The notes under the pieces were generated by a model. That model was not told where the DNA came from. It did not search any database and was given only the letters and a program-made list of their open reading frames with translations. Shown here piece after piece: positions 1 to 10,778 of a stretch of DNA of 64,000 nt (positions are counted from its first letter, which is position 1; each line of letters opens with the position of its first letter). The translations under genes were made by a program, and so were the position numbers. Source of the DNA: an uncultured bacterium. Lineage in GTDB: Bacteria > Patescibacteriota > Minisyncoccia > Phycocordibacterales > UBA9973. Where the stretch lies: the NCBI GenBank assembly GCA_903894955.1, contig CAITSA010000001.1, positions 3,769-67,768 of the forward strand, in the 5' to 3' direction.

Positions 1-2348
1 GCTTTTTGTAAATCTTCCCCAGCAAACCTAATAGCCAACTTGATAATATCTGCAGCCGTTCCCTGAATAGGTGCATTGGTCGCGGTTCGCTCCGCCATGT
101 TTTTTAAAAAAGGAATTCTAGATTTAATATTAGGGAAATATCTTCTTCGACCAAACAATGTTTCTGTATAAGAAAATTTTGTTGCATATTCTTTAATACT
201 ATCTAAATAATCTCGCAATCCAGAAAACTGATTAAAATAATTATCGTAAAATTTTTGCGCTTCTTCACGTGTCCCCCCAAGATTTTTTTTCAAAGCAGAA
301 ACTCCCATACCATAAATAATTCCAAAATTTATCACTTTTGCTTTACGGCGCATTTCACTATCCACTTGATCAAATGGAACATTAAAAACAAAAGAAGCAA
401 TTCCAGTATGAATATCTTTTTTTTCATAAAAAACTTTAGTCATCTTTTTATCTCCTGAGAGCATCGCTGCCACCCGTAATTCAATCTGACTATAATCAAA
501 AGCTACTAGCTTATAACCCTTGGGAGCAATAAAACCCCCTCGAATTCTTCTACCTAATTCTGTTTTGATTGGTAAATTTTGTAGATTTGGATCTTTGGAA
601 GAAAATCTCCCCGTGGTAGTGCCATTTTGTAAAAACTTAGCATGTAAACGACCATCGGTCGTCACCATTTTAGGGATAACATCAACATAAGTAGAAAGCA
701 ATTTCTGTAATTCTCGATAAAATAATATTTCTTTGATAATTAAATGATCTTCTTCTAATTCTTCTAACACTGAAACTTTAGTAGAAAAAGACCCACTAGC
801 ATTTTTCTTTACTTTATTTTTCCCTCCCAAACTTATCCCCATTTTACCAAAAATAACTTCTCCTAATTGTTTGGGTGAATTAATATTAAATTCTACGCCA
901 GCCTGTTTATATATTTTTTTAGTTAAAATATCTAATTCTACGTGATATTCACTTGATAATTTTTCAAAATATTTCTGATCTATTAAAATCCCGTGACTTT
1001 CCATCTCTTTAACTGTGGGAATAATAGGTTTTTCTATTTCTTCATATACTTTTTCTAAACTTGCCCCGCCCTGGCGTGGGTTTTTCTCTTTTAACTTTTT
1101 TAAAATATATTCATAAGCAATATCAAAAGAACCTTGGTCAGTTGATGAAGATGATATATTGGCAAACATTAAAATATCATTTAGTTGTGGATTAGAAATA
1201 TCAGAATTTATAATCCAAAGAGCAATACTAGCTTCTTGAAGTTTTTGTGGGGGAATTAAAGAAAGCAAAGTTTTCTCGGGTCCTCGGTTCTCCAGGTCCC
1301 CTACCCCGGCCAGACCAGCTCCAAAACTTGCTTTCTTTAATTCCCCTTCTGGGGCAGAACGGAGGGCATCTTCGGGAGATTTATGATTATCTCCAAAAAA
1401 GTTTTTCAAACGCCCAAACAAACTCCGAAATTCAAATTTAATAAAAATCTGTTCAATTTTTGTTAAATCTGCATTTTCCCAAAAAGTTTTTAAGGGTATT
1501 GCAAAATCTATCGGCGCATCGTTTCTGATGGTCGCTAAAATTTTAGAAAATAAAGCTTCTTCCTCATTGTCTTTTAATAATTTTACTATTCGATCAGAAA
1601 ATCCCAATTTTTTAAACTTTATTTCATAATTCGTACTTCGTAATTGTTTGTATATTTCTTCTATCGTTCCAAAGTTTACAATTAAACTTTCGGCTGTTTT
1701 TTCACCAATACCCTTGATGCCAATAATGTTATCTGAAGGATCTCCACGCAATCCTTTATAATCTGGTAAAAATTTTGGCTTGAAATGAAATCTCTCTACA
1801 ACCGCATCTTCGTCATATAAAATAGTGTCATTAATTCCTTTCTTTAAAGTATAAACTTGCACTTTTTTATCATCTACTAATTGCATTGTATCCATATCCC
1901 CAGAAGCAATAATTATATTTATACCCCCTCCGCCTTTGGCACCTCCCCCTATATAGGGGGAGGCTGGGCAGGGGTAAAATTGATACACTATCGTTCCCAA
2001 AATGTCATCTGCCTCAAACCCTGGGCTGTCATACATGGGAATATTAAAAGCTTCAAAAATCTGACGGGAATTTTTTAATTGCACAATAAGAGATTCTTCT
2101 GCTTTAGCCCGGCCAGCCTTGTACCCATCATAAGCTTCGTGTCGAAAAGTTTTTCCTGGTAAATCATAACAAGCCACAATATAATCTGGCTTTAAGTCAG
2201 TTACTATTTTCATCAACATACTAGAGAGTCCATAAAGAGCCCCGGTAGGTTCACCTTTGGAAGACATAAATTCCGGCAAGGCATGATAAGCACGGTGAAT
2301 TATAGCGTGAGCATCAAGTAATACTAAAGTTTTAATTTCTTTTTTCAT
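1..2348 (-). CDS. polA: DNA polymerase I (3' end runs off the window); carries in-frame palindromic insertions
   Basis: ATG at 2348; LLDAHAIIHRAYHA and GFEADD 5'-3' exonuclease motifs; TTTGRFSSKDPNLQN, DYSQIELRV and NAPIQGTAADIIK polymerase motifs. Frame checked at the start, at the insertions and at the window edge. Missing from the ORF track, presumably because no stop lies in the window. Confidence 0.95.
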   Translation of the reverse strand, partial: MKKEIKTLVLLDAHAIIHRAYHALPEFMSSKGEPTGALYGLSSMLMKIVTDLKPDYIVACYDLPGKTFRHEAYDGYKAGRAKAEESLIVQLKNSRQIFEAFNIPMYDSPGFEADDILGTIVYQFYPCPASPYIGGGAKGGGGINIIIASGDMDTMQLVDDKKVQVYTLKKGINDTILYDEDAVVERFHFKPKFLPDYKGLRGDPSDNIIGIKGIGEKTAESLIVNFGTIEEIYKQLRSTNYEIKFKKLGFSDRIVKLLKDNEEEALFSKILATIRNDAPIDFAIPLKTFWENADLTKIEQIFIKFEFRSLFGRLKNFFGDNHKSPEDALRSAPEGELKKASFGAGLAGVGDLENRGPEKTLLSLIPPQKLQEASIALWIINSDISNPQLNDILMFANISSSSTDQGSFDIAYEYILKKLKEKNPRQGGASLEKVYEEIEKPIIPTVKEMESHGILIDQKYFEKLSSEYHVELDILTKKIYKQAGVEFNINSPKQLGEVIFGKMGISLGGKNKVKKNASGSFSTKVSVLEELEEDHLIIKEILFYRELQKLLSTYVDVIPKMVTTDGRLHAKFLQNGTTTGRFSSKDPNLQNLPIKTELGRRIRGGFIAPKGYKLVAFDYSQIELRVAAMLSGDKKMTKVFYEKKDIHTGIASFVFNVPFDQVDSEMRRKAKVINFGIIYGMGVSALKKNLGGTREEAQKFYDNYFNQFSGLRDYLDSIKEYATKFSYTETLFGRRRYFPNIKSRIPFLKNMAERTATNAPIQGTAADIIKLAIRFAGEDLQK

Positions 2349-2350
2349 AT

Positions 2351-4075
2351 TTAATAAACTTCTTGTTGATAACACCTCTCACAATACACAATCTCTGGTC
2401 TATCTGGAGAATAAGAAGTTTCGAATTCATTAACACATCCTTCTTTCATACACTTTCTATGCCAAAGGTTTAAAGGATTTCTTTGTTTTAATCTCTGGTA
2501 ATGTCTACAATTAGGACATAATCTAGGTAAAGGTAGATTCATCCTTTGGTAGAATTGTAACTCAGCTCCTATGATTTTGAAGGCTTCAGTGCATTGTTCA
2601 TTGCATTCTCCTTTATGTTCACATTCAATGACTTTCCCTACCATATCATCCTTTACTTTTTTAATATCATTAGGAATATCTTCTGTTTTAATGTCTATGG
2701 TATAGTTTCTTTCTTCTCTATCTTTCCATTTAAAACCTTGTTTTAAAGCTTCTTCTTTTGTTAAAGGAAAGTATTCTTGAGCAATGGTTTCGTTGTAACA
2801 GAAGGGTGACAATTCACTTGGAAAGAATTCTCCATATTTGTATATTCTACCCTTACTATCTATATATAGCATATCATTCATATGCTGTATGATTTTTGGA
2901 ACTAATTCTTCGTATTGTTCCTTGGTGTATTGTTTGTTGAGGATGCAGTAGGATTTGTTATGTAAGCCAATGCAACCAAAGAGATTATTACAATTATCAC
3001 AATCGATCGAATATGAAACATTTATTAAATTTAAACCATGTAAAGTACTTAAAATATTAGAACTAAAATCAACATTCAAGGATTCATAAGCTAGTTCTCC
3101 TCCACTAACACCAAAGACATCACTGGTATCTTTTTGTCCCTTAACAGACCTAATACTATATCTAACATTATCAACCTCTGAAACAAAATGAGATTTTTTT
3201 ACATTTCTTGAATTGTTAATAAAATTTCCAGTGACATTAACATAGTTTTTCCCAATCATAAATTTATTAATAGCTTGGCTTTTGACTTTTGTATATTTAT
3301 TAAATAATTCATCAAGCCCATTTTTCAAATTAAGGGAATTTAATAAAGATTCTTTGATTTTAAAAAATTCTTCTTTTGAAACTGGTTTATTTTCAATGTA
3401 AAATTGTTGATTACGAAGATTAGAAGAAAAAAGACAATTCTGACAATTTTTACAATCATATATAAACCAGCAATCTATACAATTTTCACAATCCTGAGCA
3501 AAAAAGGTTTGGTAACAGGTATCAGAATTTATCAACTGAGTTGAAAGTTCACATTTATTTATCCATGAATTATCAACACAATTTTTACTTTCCAAAACAG
3601 TATCACCATACTGACAATTTTCTGAATACCAACTACCAAAAACTAAGTAGCAATCTTTCATATCAACACAAATATTACAATAATCACTTCTTACAGGATT
3701 AACGTTATATAAAGCATATTTTGGAACTTTTTTATCAAGATTATGGAACTGTTCAAAAAATGATTTAGTAAAATCATAATCTACTCCATAATCTCTAGGG
3801 TCCCAATTGTCATCATTTATCCAATATTCTTTATCATAAATTACATAAGGAGATTCGGGAGAATACATACTTATTATTTTTTCTTTAGATTTTGAAGCAC
3901 TATTTTCTTTTTTATATAAAACCCTTTCATTTCTGAATAATAATCTTCGTATTGTTCTACATTCTGGACAAAAAGTCGGAGCAGAAACTTTTATTTTTTT
4001 ATAGAAAGTAAAATCTTCTAGCTCAATTTTAAAGTCTTTTTTACAATTTTGACAAACCTTAGTTTCTACCTGCAT
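2351..4075 (-). CDS. Cys-rich multi-CxxC protein, CPR-type family, paralogue 1 (574 aa)
   Basis: N-terminal CQNC..F / CPECR, central Cys-ladder repeats, YCILNKQYTKEQY, C-terminal LWHRKC...FETSYSPDRPEIVYCE.CY; paralogous to 22579..24303 and 54239..55918. Confidence 0.85.
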   Translation of the reverse strand: MQVETKVCQNCKKDFKIELEDFTFYKKIKVSAPTFCPECRTIRRLLFRNERVLYKKENSASKSKEKIISMYSPESPYVIYDKEYWINDDNWDPRDYGVDYDFTKSFFEQFHNLDKKVPKYALYNVNPVRSDYCNICVDMKDCYLVFGSWYSENCQYGDTVLESKNCVDNSWINKCELSTQLINSDTCYQTFFAQDCENCIDCWFIYDCKNCQNCLFSSNLRNQQFYIENKPVSKEEFFKIKESLLNSLNLKNGLDELFNKYTKVKSQAINKFMIGKNYVNVTGNFINNSRNVKKSHFVSEVDNVRYSIRSVKGQKDTSDVFGVSGGELAYESLNVDFSSNILSTLHGLNLINVSYSIDCDNCNNLFGCIGLHNKSYCILNKQYTKEQYEELVPKIIQHMNDMLYIDSKGRIYKYGEFFPSELSPFCYNETIAQEYFPLTKEEALKQGFKWKDREERNYTIDIKTEDIPNDIKKVKDDMVGKVIECEHKGECNEQCTEAFKIIGAELQFYQRMNLPLPRLCPNCRHYQRLKQRNPLNLWHRKCMKEGCVNEFETSYSPDRPEIVYCERCYQQEVY

Positions 4076-4109
4076 TGGTTAATTATACCATTTAAGCTAT
4101 AATTCATAT

Positions 4110-5810
4110 ATGGCAACAGATTTTGATGAAGAAAAACAAAATAGACAATTAGACGAATTACATAAAAAAGAAGAAGAGCAATTAATAGCTACTTTAGCGG
4201 AGTCAAAATATGGTCTCCCTTATATTGATCTTTCTCGCTTAGGAGTAGACAATGAAGCCCTTCGAGCTATCTCTGAAAAAGATTGCAAAGAATTAAATGT
4301 AGCTCCCTTTAAACTTTTTGGGAAAAATATTTTCATAGCTTTACGTTCTCCAAATGATGACCTTATCAAAAGACTAAAAGAAGACATGGAAAGACACAAT
4401 CTGGTTCCAACTTTTTATATGGCCTCTATGGCCAGTCTAAATAAAGTCTGGGATAGATATCAAGAAATTTCAATGGCAGAAAATTCTACAATCGGTGGTT
4501 TAGAAATTTCTGCAGAAATTCTAAGAGAAATAGCAAAACAAATACAAAAGATGCAGGACATCGATAAGATGATAGAGGAAATTTTAAAAGAAAATAAAAT
4601 TCATAAAATTTCTCACATGCTGGAAGTAATCCTAGCTGGAGCAATAGCCATTAAGGCATCTGACATTCACATTGAAGCAGAAGAGGATAAGGGAAGACTG
4701 AGACTTCGACTCGATGGAATTCTCATCGATGTAACATTTTTTAGTTTAGATGTTTATCGTTTACTTAATTCGCGAATAAAACTTATTTCTGGGATGAAAC
4801 TAACATCAAAAATAGCTCAAGATGGACGCTTTAGTATCACCGAAGGAAAAGAAGAAATAAGTATTCGTACTTCTCTTATTCCTGGCGCTTATGGAGAATC
4901 AATAGTGATGAGAATCTTAGACCCCAAGTCAATTCAAGTACCCCTAGAAGAAATTGGGATTGAACCTTTTCTTTTTTCAGTTATCCAAAAAGAAATTTCA
5001 AAACCAAATGGACTAATTTTAGTGACTGGTCCAACAGGATCTGGAAAAACTACTACCCTTTATGCCTTTTTGAAGAAAATATATTCTCCTGAAATAAAAA
5101 TAATAACAATTGAAGATCCAGTTGAATATCATTTAGTTGGTATTACTCAAACTCAAACTGACGTAACCAAAGGTTATACTTTTGCAGAAGGACTACGTTC
5201 AGCCCTACGCCAAGACCCAGATGTAGTCATGGTTGGAGAAATTCGCGATAATGAAACCGCTGAAATTGCCGTACAATCAGCCTTAACTGGTCACATAGTT
5301 TTCTCTACCCTACATACCAATAATGCCGCTGGGGTAATACCACGCTTAATAAACTTAGGGGTCAATCCAAAAATATTAGTTTCTGCTTTGTCTCTGTCTA
5401 TTGCTCAACGTTTGGTTCGTAAATTATGCCAATTTTGCAAAAAAGAAAAAACTCTAAGCAAGGAAGAGGAAGAAACAATCAAAGTTGTTTTAAATAGCAT
5501 CAAAGAAGAAGGCAAAAGTCTTTCAAATTATAATATAAATCCGGATGCACCTTTGAAACTTTTCACATCAGTTGGTTGTGAGAAATGTAATTTAACTGGA
5601 TTTAAAGGCAGAATAGGAATATTTGAAGCCATAAAAACTGACGAGACTATCGAAAAAATAATTCCTGAAAATCCAAGTGAACGAGAAATTAAAAAAGTGG
5701 CGCGAGCCCAAGGGATACTTTCGATGCGTCAGGATGGTGTAGTAAAAATGATAAATGGAATTACTTCATTTGAAGAAGTGCAAAGCGTAGTTGATTTAAA
5801 TGAAGAATAA
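4110..5810 (+). CDS. GspE/PilB family type IV pilus assembly ATPase
   Basis: ASDIHIE, Walker A GPTGSGKTTTLY, TIEDPVEY, LRQDPDVVMVGEIRD, STLHTN, two CxxC motifs. Confidence 0.93.
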   Translation: MATDFDEEKQNRQLDELHKKEEEQLIATLAESKYGLPYIDLSRLGVDNEALRAISEKDCKELNVAPFKLFGKNIFIALRSPNDDLIKRLKEDMERHNLVPTFYMASMASLNKVWDRYQEISMAENSTIGGLEISAEILREIAKQIQKMQDIDKMIEEILKENKIHKISHMLEVILAGAIAIKASDIHIEAEEDKGRLRLRLDGILIDVTFFSLDVYRLLNSRIKLISGMKLTSKIAQDGRFSITEGKEEISIRTSLIPGAYGESIVMRILDPKSIQVPLEEIGIEPFLFSVIQKEISKPNGLILVTGPTGSGKTTTLYAFLKKIYSPEIKIITIEDPVEYHLVGITQTQTDVTKGYTFAEGLRSALRQDPDVVMVGEIRDNETAEIAVQSALTGHIVFSTLHTNNAAGVIPRLINLGVNPKILVSALSLSIAQRLVRKLCQFCKKEKTLSKEEEETIKVVLNSIKEEGKSLSNYNINPDAPLKLFTSVGCEKCNLTGFKGRIGIFEAIKTDETIEKIIPENPSEREIKKVARAQGILSMRQDGVVKMINGITSFEEVQSVVDLNEE

Positions 5811-5824
5811 AATAAAAAGATATA

Positions 5825-6637
5825 TTATTTTAATTCTCCCTTAAATACACATACTGCGGGACCACGAAGAATAATTTGTCCTTCTTTGCTTTTTGATAAA
5901 AAAAGATTTCCACCTAGAAATTCTAAGGTTATTTCTCCTCCAACTTCTTGGTCATTTTTTAATATTGCATATACCGCACAAGCTCCAGTACCACAAGCAA
6001 GAGTTACGCCACAACCACGCTCCCAAACTTTTACCTTAAAATAATTATCGGTAACTTTTTCTACCAATTCTACATTTATTTTGTTGGGAAAATGAAAATC
6101 CTGTTCTATTTTTGGACCAATTTTTGATATATCAATTTCAGATATATTTTTTACCAACCCAACAGCATGTGGATTTCCCATTGAAACAAATTTAAATAAA
6201 ATATTTTCAAGAGTAAGTGAACTATCTGGAAAATCACTATGAGAAAAAACAGGAGCTCCCATATTTACAGAGAAACTTTCATCGTCATTACATATTACTT
6301 TCTTGATCCCCGCCCTGGTGTCAATGGATAATTCCTTTAAATTAGAGTTGGTCTGCTTTAGGAAAAATTTAGCCAAACACCTTACTCCATTCCCACACAT
6401 TTCTGCCACAGTTCCATCAGCATTGTAATAATTCATAAAACAATTTGCTTGTGGTGAGTTTGTCGAATCCACCTTATTCGATAATTCAAGAAGGATCAAT
6501 CCATCTGCCCCAATCCCAAAACGGCGATTGCATAAAAGTTTAATTTTGTTCACGTCAGTAACATCAAAATTCCCATCACGATTATCTATCATAATGAAGT
6601 CATTTCCAGCACCGTGATATTTATAGAATTCAAGCAT
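5825..6637 (-). CDS. dapF: Diaminopimelate epimerase
   Basis: KYHGAGNDF, EMCGNGVRC, SMGNPH, VWERGCGVTLACGTGACA. Confidence 0.97.
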   Translation of the reverse strand: MLEFYKYHGAGNDFIMIDNRDGNFDVTDVNKIKLLCNRRFGIGADGLILLELSNKVDSTNSPQANCFMNYYNADGTVAEMCGNGVRCLAKFFLKQTNSNLKELSIDTRAGIKKVICNDDESFSVNMGAPVFSHSDFPDSSLTLENILFKFVSMGNPHAVGLVKNISEIDISKIGPKIEQDFHFPNKINVELVEKVTDNYFKVKVWERGCGVTLACGTGACAVYAILKNDQEVGGEITLEFLGGNLFLSKSKEGQIILRGPAVCVFKGELK

Positions 6638-6658
6638 AATTTTATTATATATTAAAAA

Positions 6659-7579
6659 TTAACTAATTAATGTACCGGCTGAATCTAAATCCCAAAATGG
6701 CCTTACTTGCAGAGGAATTCTTTTTTCTTTGACTTCCTTTAAGGTTTTAGGATGCACTAAACCAAGAGCAACATCTTGCAAAAGACCACTAAGGTCATCA
6801 TAAGTTAAAAAGTCAATTCTTTTTACTTTTTCATTACTAAATAATTTTGGATTTTTTTCCATCACCCCAGGAACATCTTTCCAAAGAACCACTTTGTCTG
6901 CATGGAGAAGGTTACCGAGTAACCCAGCAGTATAATCACTCCCCCCTCTTCCTAATGTTGTCATAAATTTACTATCATTCTTTAGGTTATTTTTTGAGAA
7001 CCCAATAAAACCTTGAGTAATAATATTTTTGTGTAATTTAAAAACTTCTTCGCTAATTTTTAAATTTAAATTTAACGCAGTGGCGTTTTTATCAACATTC
7101 GCAGAACTAAAATTAGAATCAGTATATAAAAAATCAGTAGCATTAATAAGTTTATTTGGAATCCCAATAAAAGAAAAATAATTACTAATAATCAAACTCG
7201 CCAATATTTCTCCAAAAGGAACAATTTGATCATAGATAAATTTATCGTTCTCCAGATGCCCTATTCTAGAGAATGTATCTTTTATTTTTTTAAATTCATC
7301 TTCAATAATACTAAAAATAGTATGTGCTTTGGGAAAAAGTTGGGACACGATTTCCAGATGAAAAACTTTTAATTCATTTAACAACTTCTCATTTTCTTCT
7401 TTTTTCCCTTGTATATAATTCTTGACTATTGTTTCTAAATTATTAGTAGTCTTGCTAAAAGCAGAAAAAACATTTACAGAATAATCCTGTAAAGGGAAAT
7501 TTTCAAATATTTTTGACAAGTGTTTTATGGAAACAGCTCCTTCTATAATCCCGCCCCCAAATTTGTTCACTATAATCAT
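6659..7579 (-). CDS. lysC: Aspartate kinase, catalytic domain only (no C-terminal ACT domains)
   Basis: VNKFGG, TTLGRGGSDYTA, WKDVPGV, HPKT; start moved to ATG 7579 just after the asd stop. Confidence 0.85.
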   Translation of the reverse strand: MIIVNKFGGGIIEGAVSIKHLSKIFENFPLQDYSVNVFSAFSKTTNNLETIVKNYIQGKKEENEKLLNELKVFHLEIVSQLFPKAHTIFSIIEDEFKKIKDTFSRIGHLENDKFIYDQIVPFGEILASLIISNYFSFIGIPNKLINATDFLYTDSNFSSANVDKNATALNLNLKISEEVFKLHKNIITQGFIGFSKNNLKNDSKFMTTLGRGGSDYTAGLLGNLLHADKVVLWKDVPGVMEKNPKLFSNEKVKRIDFLTYDDLSGLLQDVALGLVHPKTLKEVKEKRIPLQVRPFWDLDSAGTLIS

Positions 7580-7583
7580 AAAT

Positions 7584-8585
7584 TTAGATAATTTTACTAT
7601 GACAGAGGTATTCCGCAATTTGCACTGCATTAGTGGCTGCTCCTTTACGTAAATTATCAGCCACAATCCACATATTTAGAGAATTTTTATTTGATTCATC
7701 TCGGCGAATTCGACCCACAAATACTTCATCTTTACCATCGGTATATAACGGCATAGGATATTGTGAATTTCTAATATCATCAAGCACGATAACCCCTGGC
7801 ATTTTAGAAAGTAAAAATCTAACTTTTTTTAAATCGTAATCTTTTTCAAATTCAATATTGACTGACTCTGAGTGTCCTCCCATCACTGGAATACGAACAG
7901 CGGTCGTAGTTATATTTATACTTTCATCGCCTAATATTTTTCTCGTCTCATTAACCATTTTCATTTCTTCTTTGGTATAACCATTATCAAGAAAAACATC
8001 AATCTGTGGAATTAAGTTTAGGTCAATCGGATAGGCATAAGCCATCGCTCCCTTAATACCTTTACGCTCATTCATAAGTTGATCTACTGCTTTTTTACCG
8101 GTACCGGTCACAGATTGATAAGTTGAAACAACGATTCTTTTTATTTTAAATTCCTTATGTAAAGGATAAAGCGCCATAACCATTTGAATAGTTGAACAAT
8201 TTGGATTAGCAATAATTTTGTCTTCTTTTACTAAAACATTTCCATTTATTTCAGGCACGATAAGTTTCTTTAAAGAGTCCATTCTCCACGCTGAAGAATT
8301 ATCAATCACTGTTGCCCCTATTTGCGCAAAAAGTGGAGCCCACTCTAAAGAAACTGTTCTCCCAGCTGAAAATAAAACAATCTCTGGTTTTTTAGTTAAA
8401 GCTTCTTGAAGAGAAATAATTTTTAAAGGTACTCCATTGAAAATTATTTCTTCCCCAACTGATTTTTCACTTGCAACTGGCAATAATTCTAGAATAGGAA
8501 ATTTTCTTTCTTCAAGAACTTTGAGCATCATTCTCCCCACTAGACCAGTGGCCCCCACAACTGCAATTTTTTTCTTTTCTAACAT
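7584..8585 (-). CDS. asd: Aspartate-semialdehyde dehydrogenase
   Basis: VVGATGLVG, DNSSAWRM, IIANPNCSTIQ, DNLRKGAATNAVQIAE. Confidence 0.97.
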   Translation of the reverse strand: MLEKKKIAVVGATGLVGRMMLKVLEERKFPILELLPVASEKSVGEEIIFNGVPLKIISLQEALTKKPEIVLFSAGRTVSLEWAPLFAQIGATVIDNSSAWRMDSLKKLIVPEINGNVLVKEDKIIANPNCSTIQMVMALYPLHKEFKIKRIVVSTYQSVTGTGKKAVDQLMNERKGIKGAMAYAYPIDLNLIPQIDVFLDNGYTKEEMKMVNETRKILGDESINITTTAVRIPVMGGHSESVNIEFEKDYDLKKVRFLLSKMPGVIVLDDIRNSQYPMPLYTDGKDEVFVGRIRRDESNKNSLNMWIVADNLRKGAATNAVQIAEYLCHSKII

Positions 8586-8611
8586 TTTAATTTTACCCGA
8601 ATGTAAATTTT

Positions 8612-9844
8612 TTATAATTTAAAATTATCTCGAATACTTTTAACTGCTTTTTCAATGTCTGTGGTATGACCAAAAGCGCTTAAACGCAAGTACCCTTCTC
8701 CAGACAGACCAAAACCAGATCCTGGTGTTCCAACAACATGGGTTTCATTTAAAAGTTTGTCGAAAAATTCCCAAGAGCTAAGACCTTTTGGATTTTTTAC
8801 CCAAATATAAGGAGCATTTTCTCCACCAAAAACTTTAAATCCAATTTTCAATAAATTTTTCTTTATTATTCTTGCATTGTTCATATAATAACCAACCATT
8901 TTTTTGCTTTCTCTTAGCCCAGCTTTTGACAAAACTGCTAGGGCGCCTGCCTGAGCAACATTGGATGCTCCATTAAACATCGTTCCTTGTCGTCTGTTCC
9001 ATAAATTATTAACTTCTCTCTTTTTTGTTTTTTCGATAACTAAATCCATCGGTACGACCGTCCAACCAAAACGAACACCGGTAAACCCTGCTGATTTTGA
9101 AAAACTATTTATCTCGATGGCACATTTTTTAGCTCCTTTTATCTCATAAATACTCTTCGGTAAAGATTTATTGGAGATATATTCGCAATAGGCTGCGTCG
9201 TAAATAATAACTGCTTTGTTTTTTATTGCATAATCAACAAAGGATTTTAACTGCTTTTTAGTAGCGACTGAACCAGTTGGATTATTTGGATTGCAAAGAT
9301 AAATTATATCCACCTTTTGTTTTGGCGGAAAAGGTACAAAATTATTTTTTTCGTTACATTCCATATACACTAAACCTTTATATTGACCATCAACAAACTC
9401 TCCTGTCCGGCCAGCAATAACAGTGGTGTCCACATATGCTGGGTATACAGGATCTGAAACAGCCACAATGTTATTTGAATCAAAAATTGATTGAATATTA
9501 GCTAAGTCCGTTTTAGCTCCATCATTAATAAAAATTTCCTGCATATTTAAACTAATATTCCTTGTCTTGTAAAAAGACATGAGCATTGTTAGGAGTTTTA
9601 TATTTGCTTCTTTTCCTTCAGCATCCTGATAACCTGTGTAGGTTTTAATATTGGCAAGTTTTTTTACTCCTTCAGATAATCCTTTGATAATAGTGGGAGA
9701 AAGAGGTTCTGTTGTATCACCTACTCCAAGTCGCATAACTTCTACTCTAGGATTCTTTTCTATAAAATCTCTAGTTCGTCTATCAATTTCACTAAATAAA
9801 TATCCACTTTTTAATTTATTAAAATTTTTATTTATAGTAGCCAT
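8612..9844 (-). CDS. dapL: LL-diaminopimelate aminotransferase
   Basis: GYLFSEI, LGVGDTTEP, CNPNNPTG, SFSKSAGFTGVR, TPGSGFG..GEGY.RLSAF. Confidence 0.95.
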   Translation of the reverse strand: MATINKNFNKLKSGYLFSEIDRRTRDFIEKNPRVEVMRLGVGDTTEPLSPTIIKGLSEGVKKLANIKTYTGYQDAEGKEANIKLLTMLMSFYKTRNISLNMQEIFINDGAKTDLANIQSIFDSNNIVAVSDPVYPAYVDTTVIAGRTGEFVDGQYKGLVYMECNEKNNFVPFPPKQKVDIIYLCNPNNPTGSVATKKQLKSFVDYAIKNKAVIIYDAAYCEYISNKSLPKSIYEIKGAKKCAIEINSFSKSAGFTGVRFGWTVVPMDLVIEKTKKREVNNLWNRRQGTMFNGASNVAQAGALAVLSKAGLRESKKMVGYYMNNARIIKKNLLKIGFKVFGGENAPYIWVKNPKGLSSWEFFDKLLNETHVVGTPGSGFGLSGEGYLRLSAFGHTTDIEKAVKSIRDNFKL

Positions 9845-9859
9845 GAATCGTTATCAGAT

Positions 9860-10762
9860 TTAAATTAATTTTAAGTCTTTCAGAATTTTTTCTAGTAAAA
9901 TCCTATTTTTGTCTTCAATAAAAGTAAGGGGTAGTCTGAAACTTTCCTCAATCTTCCCCATCATAGCTAAAGCTGTTTTCACTGGAATTGGATTAGATTC
10001 AACAAAATTTATGTTCATTAAAGGCAAAAGGTCGTAGTGTAATTTTCTTGCCTCTTCTAAATTACCTTTAAGTGCTAAGTGAATCATTTTGGAAAATAAT
10101 TTAGGAGCTTCGTTGCAAACAACTGAAATACATCCTTGTCCACCTAGGGCAATAAGTGGCAAGGCCACAGCATCATCTCCAGAAAATACAATAAAATCTT
10201 TTGGACCATTTTTCCTTATTTCATTAATTATTTCCATCATCTGATTCAAGGAACCCGAAGCTTCTTTGACTGCTTTTACTTCCGGTACCTCTCTCGCAAT
10301 TCTTACAATAGTTTCTGGAGATACATTAGATCCAGTTCTCCCCGGAACATTATAAACAATAATGGGCATATCTACCATTTTGGCAATTTCTTTAAAGTGA
10401 AGAACTAAACCATTAGGAGTTGGTTTGTTGTAATAAGGAGTTACGTGAAGTAGGGCATCAGCTCCAGCCTTTTTTGCTAAGCGAGATAAATGAACTGCTT
10501 TTTTTGTATCATTACTACCGGCTCCGGCAATGACCGGAACTTTTTTAGCAACTGTTTTCACCACTGTTTTTATCACCAGACTATATTCTTCTTCATTTAA
10601 GGTAGTTGCTTCTCCAGTAGTCCCCACAACCACTATCGCATCTACCCCACCTTCTAATTGAAAAAGAACTAACTTTTCCAAAGCAGGCAAATCTAGGTCT
10701 CCATTTTTTTTAAAAGGAGTAACGATAGCTGGAATAGAACCAAAAAATTTTATGTTCTTCAT
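9860..10762 (-). CDS. dapA: 4-hydroxy-tetrahydrodipicolinate synthase
   Basis: GTTGE, PYYNKP, YNVPGRTG, KEASG, SNPIPVK. Confidence 0.97.
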   Translation of the reverse strand: MKNIKFFGSIPAIVTPFKKNGDLDLPALEKLVLFQLEGGVDAIVVVGTTGEATTLNEEEYSLVIKTVVKTVAKKVPVIAGAGSNDTKKAVHLSRLAKKAGADALLHVTPYYNKPTPNGLVLHFKEIAKMVDMPIIVYNVPGRTGSNVSPETIVRIAREVPEVKAVKEASGSLNQMMEIINEIRKNGPKDFIVFSGDDAVALPLIALGGQGCISVVCNEAPKLFSKMIHLALKGNLEEARKLHYDLLPLMNINFVESNPIPVKTALAMMGKIEESFRLPLTFIEDKNRILLEKILKDLKLI

Positions 10763-10778
10763 ATTTTATTTTGTTAAT

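Noticed and set aside
255..2078. Short + strand ORFs at 255, 1247 and 1881
   Set aside because: Antisense shadows of polA
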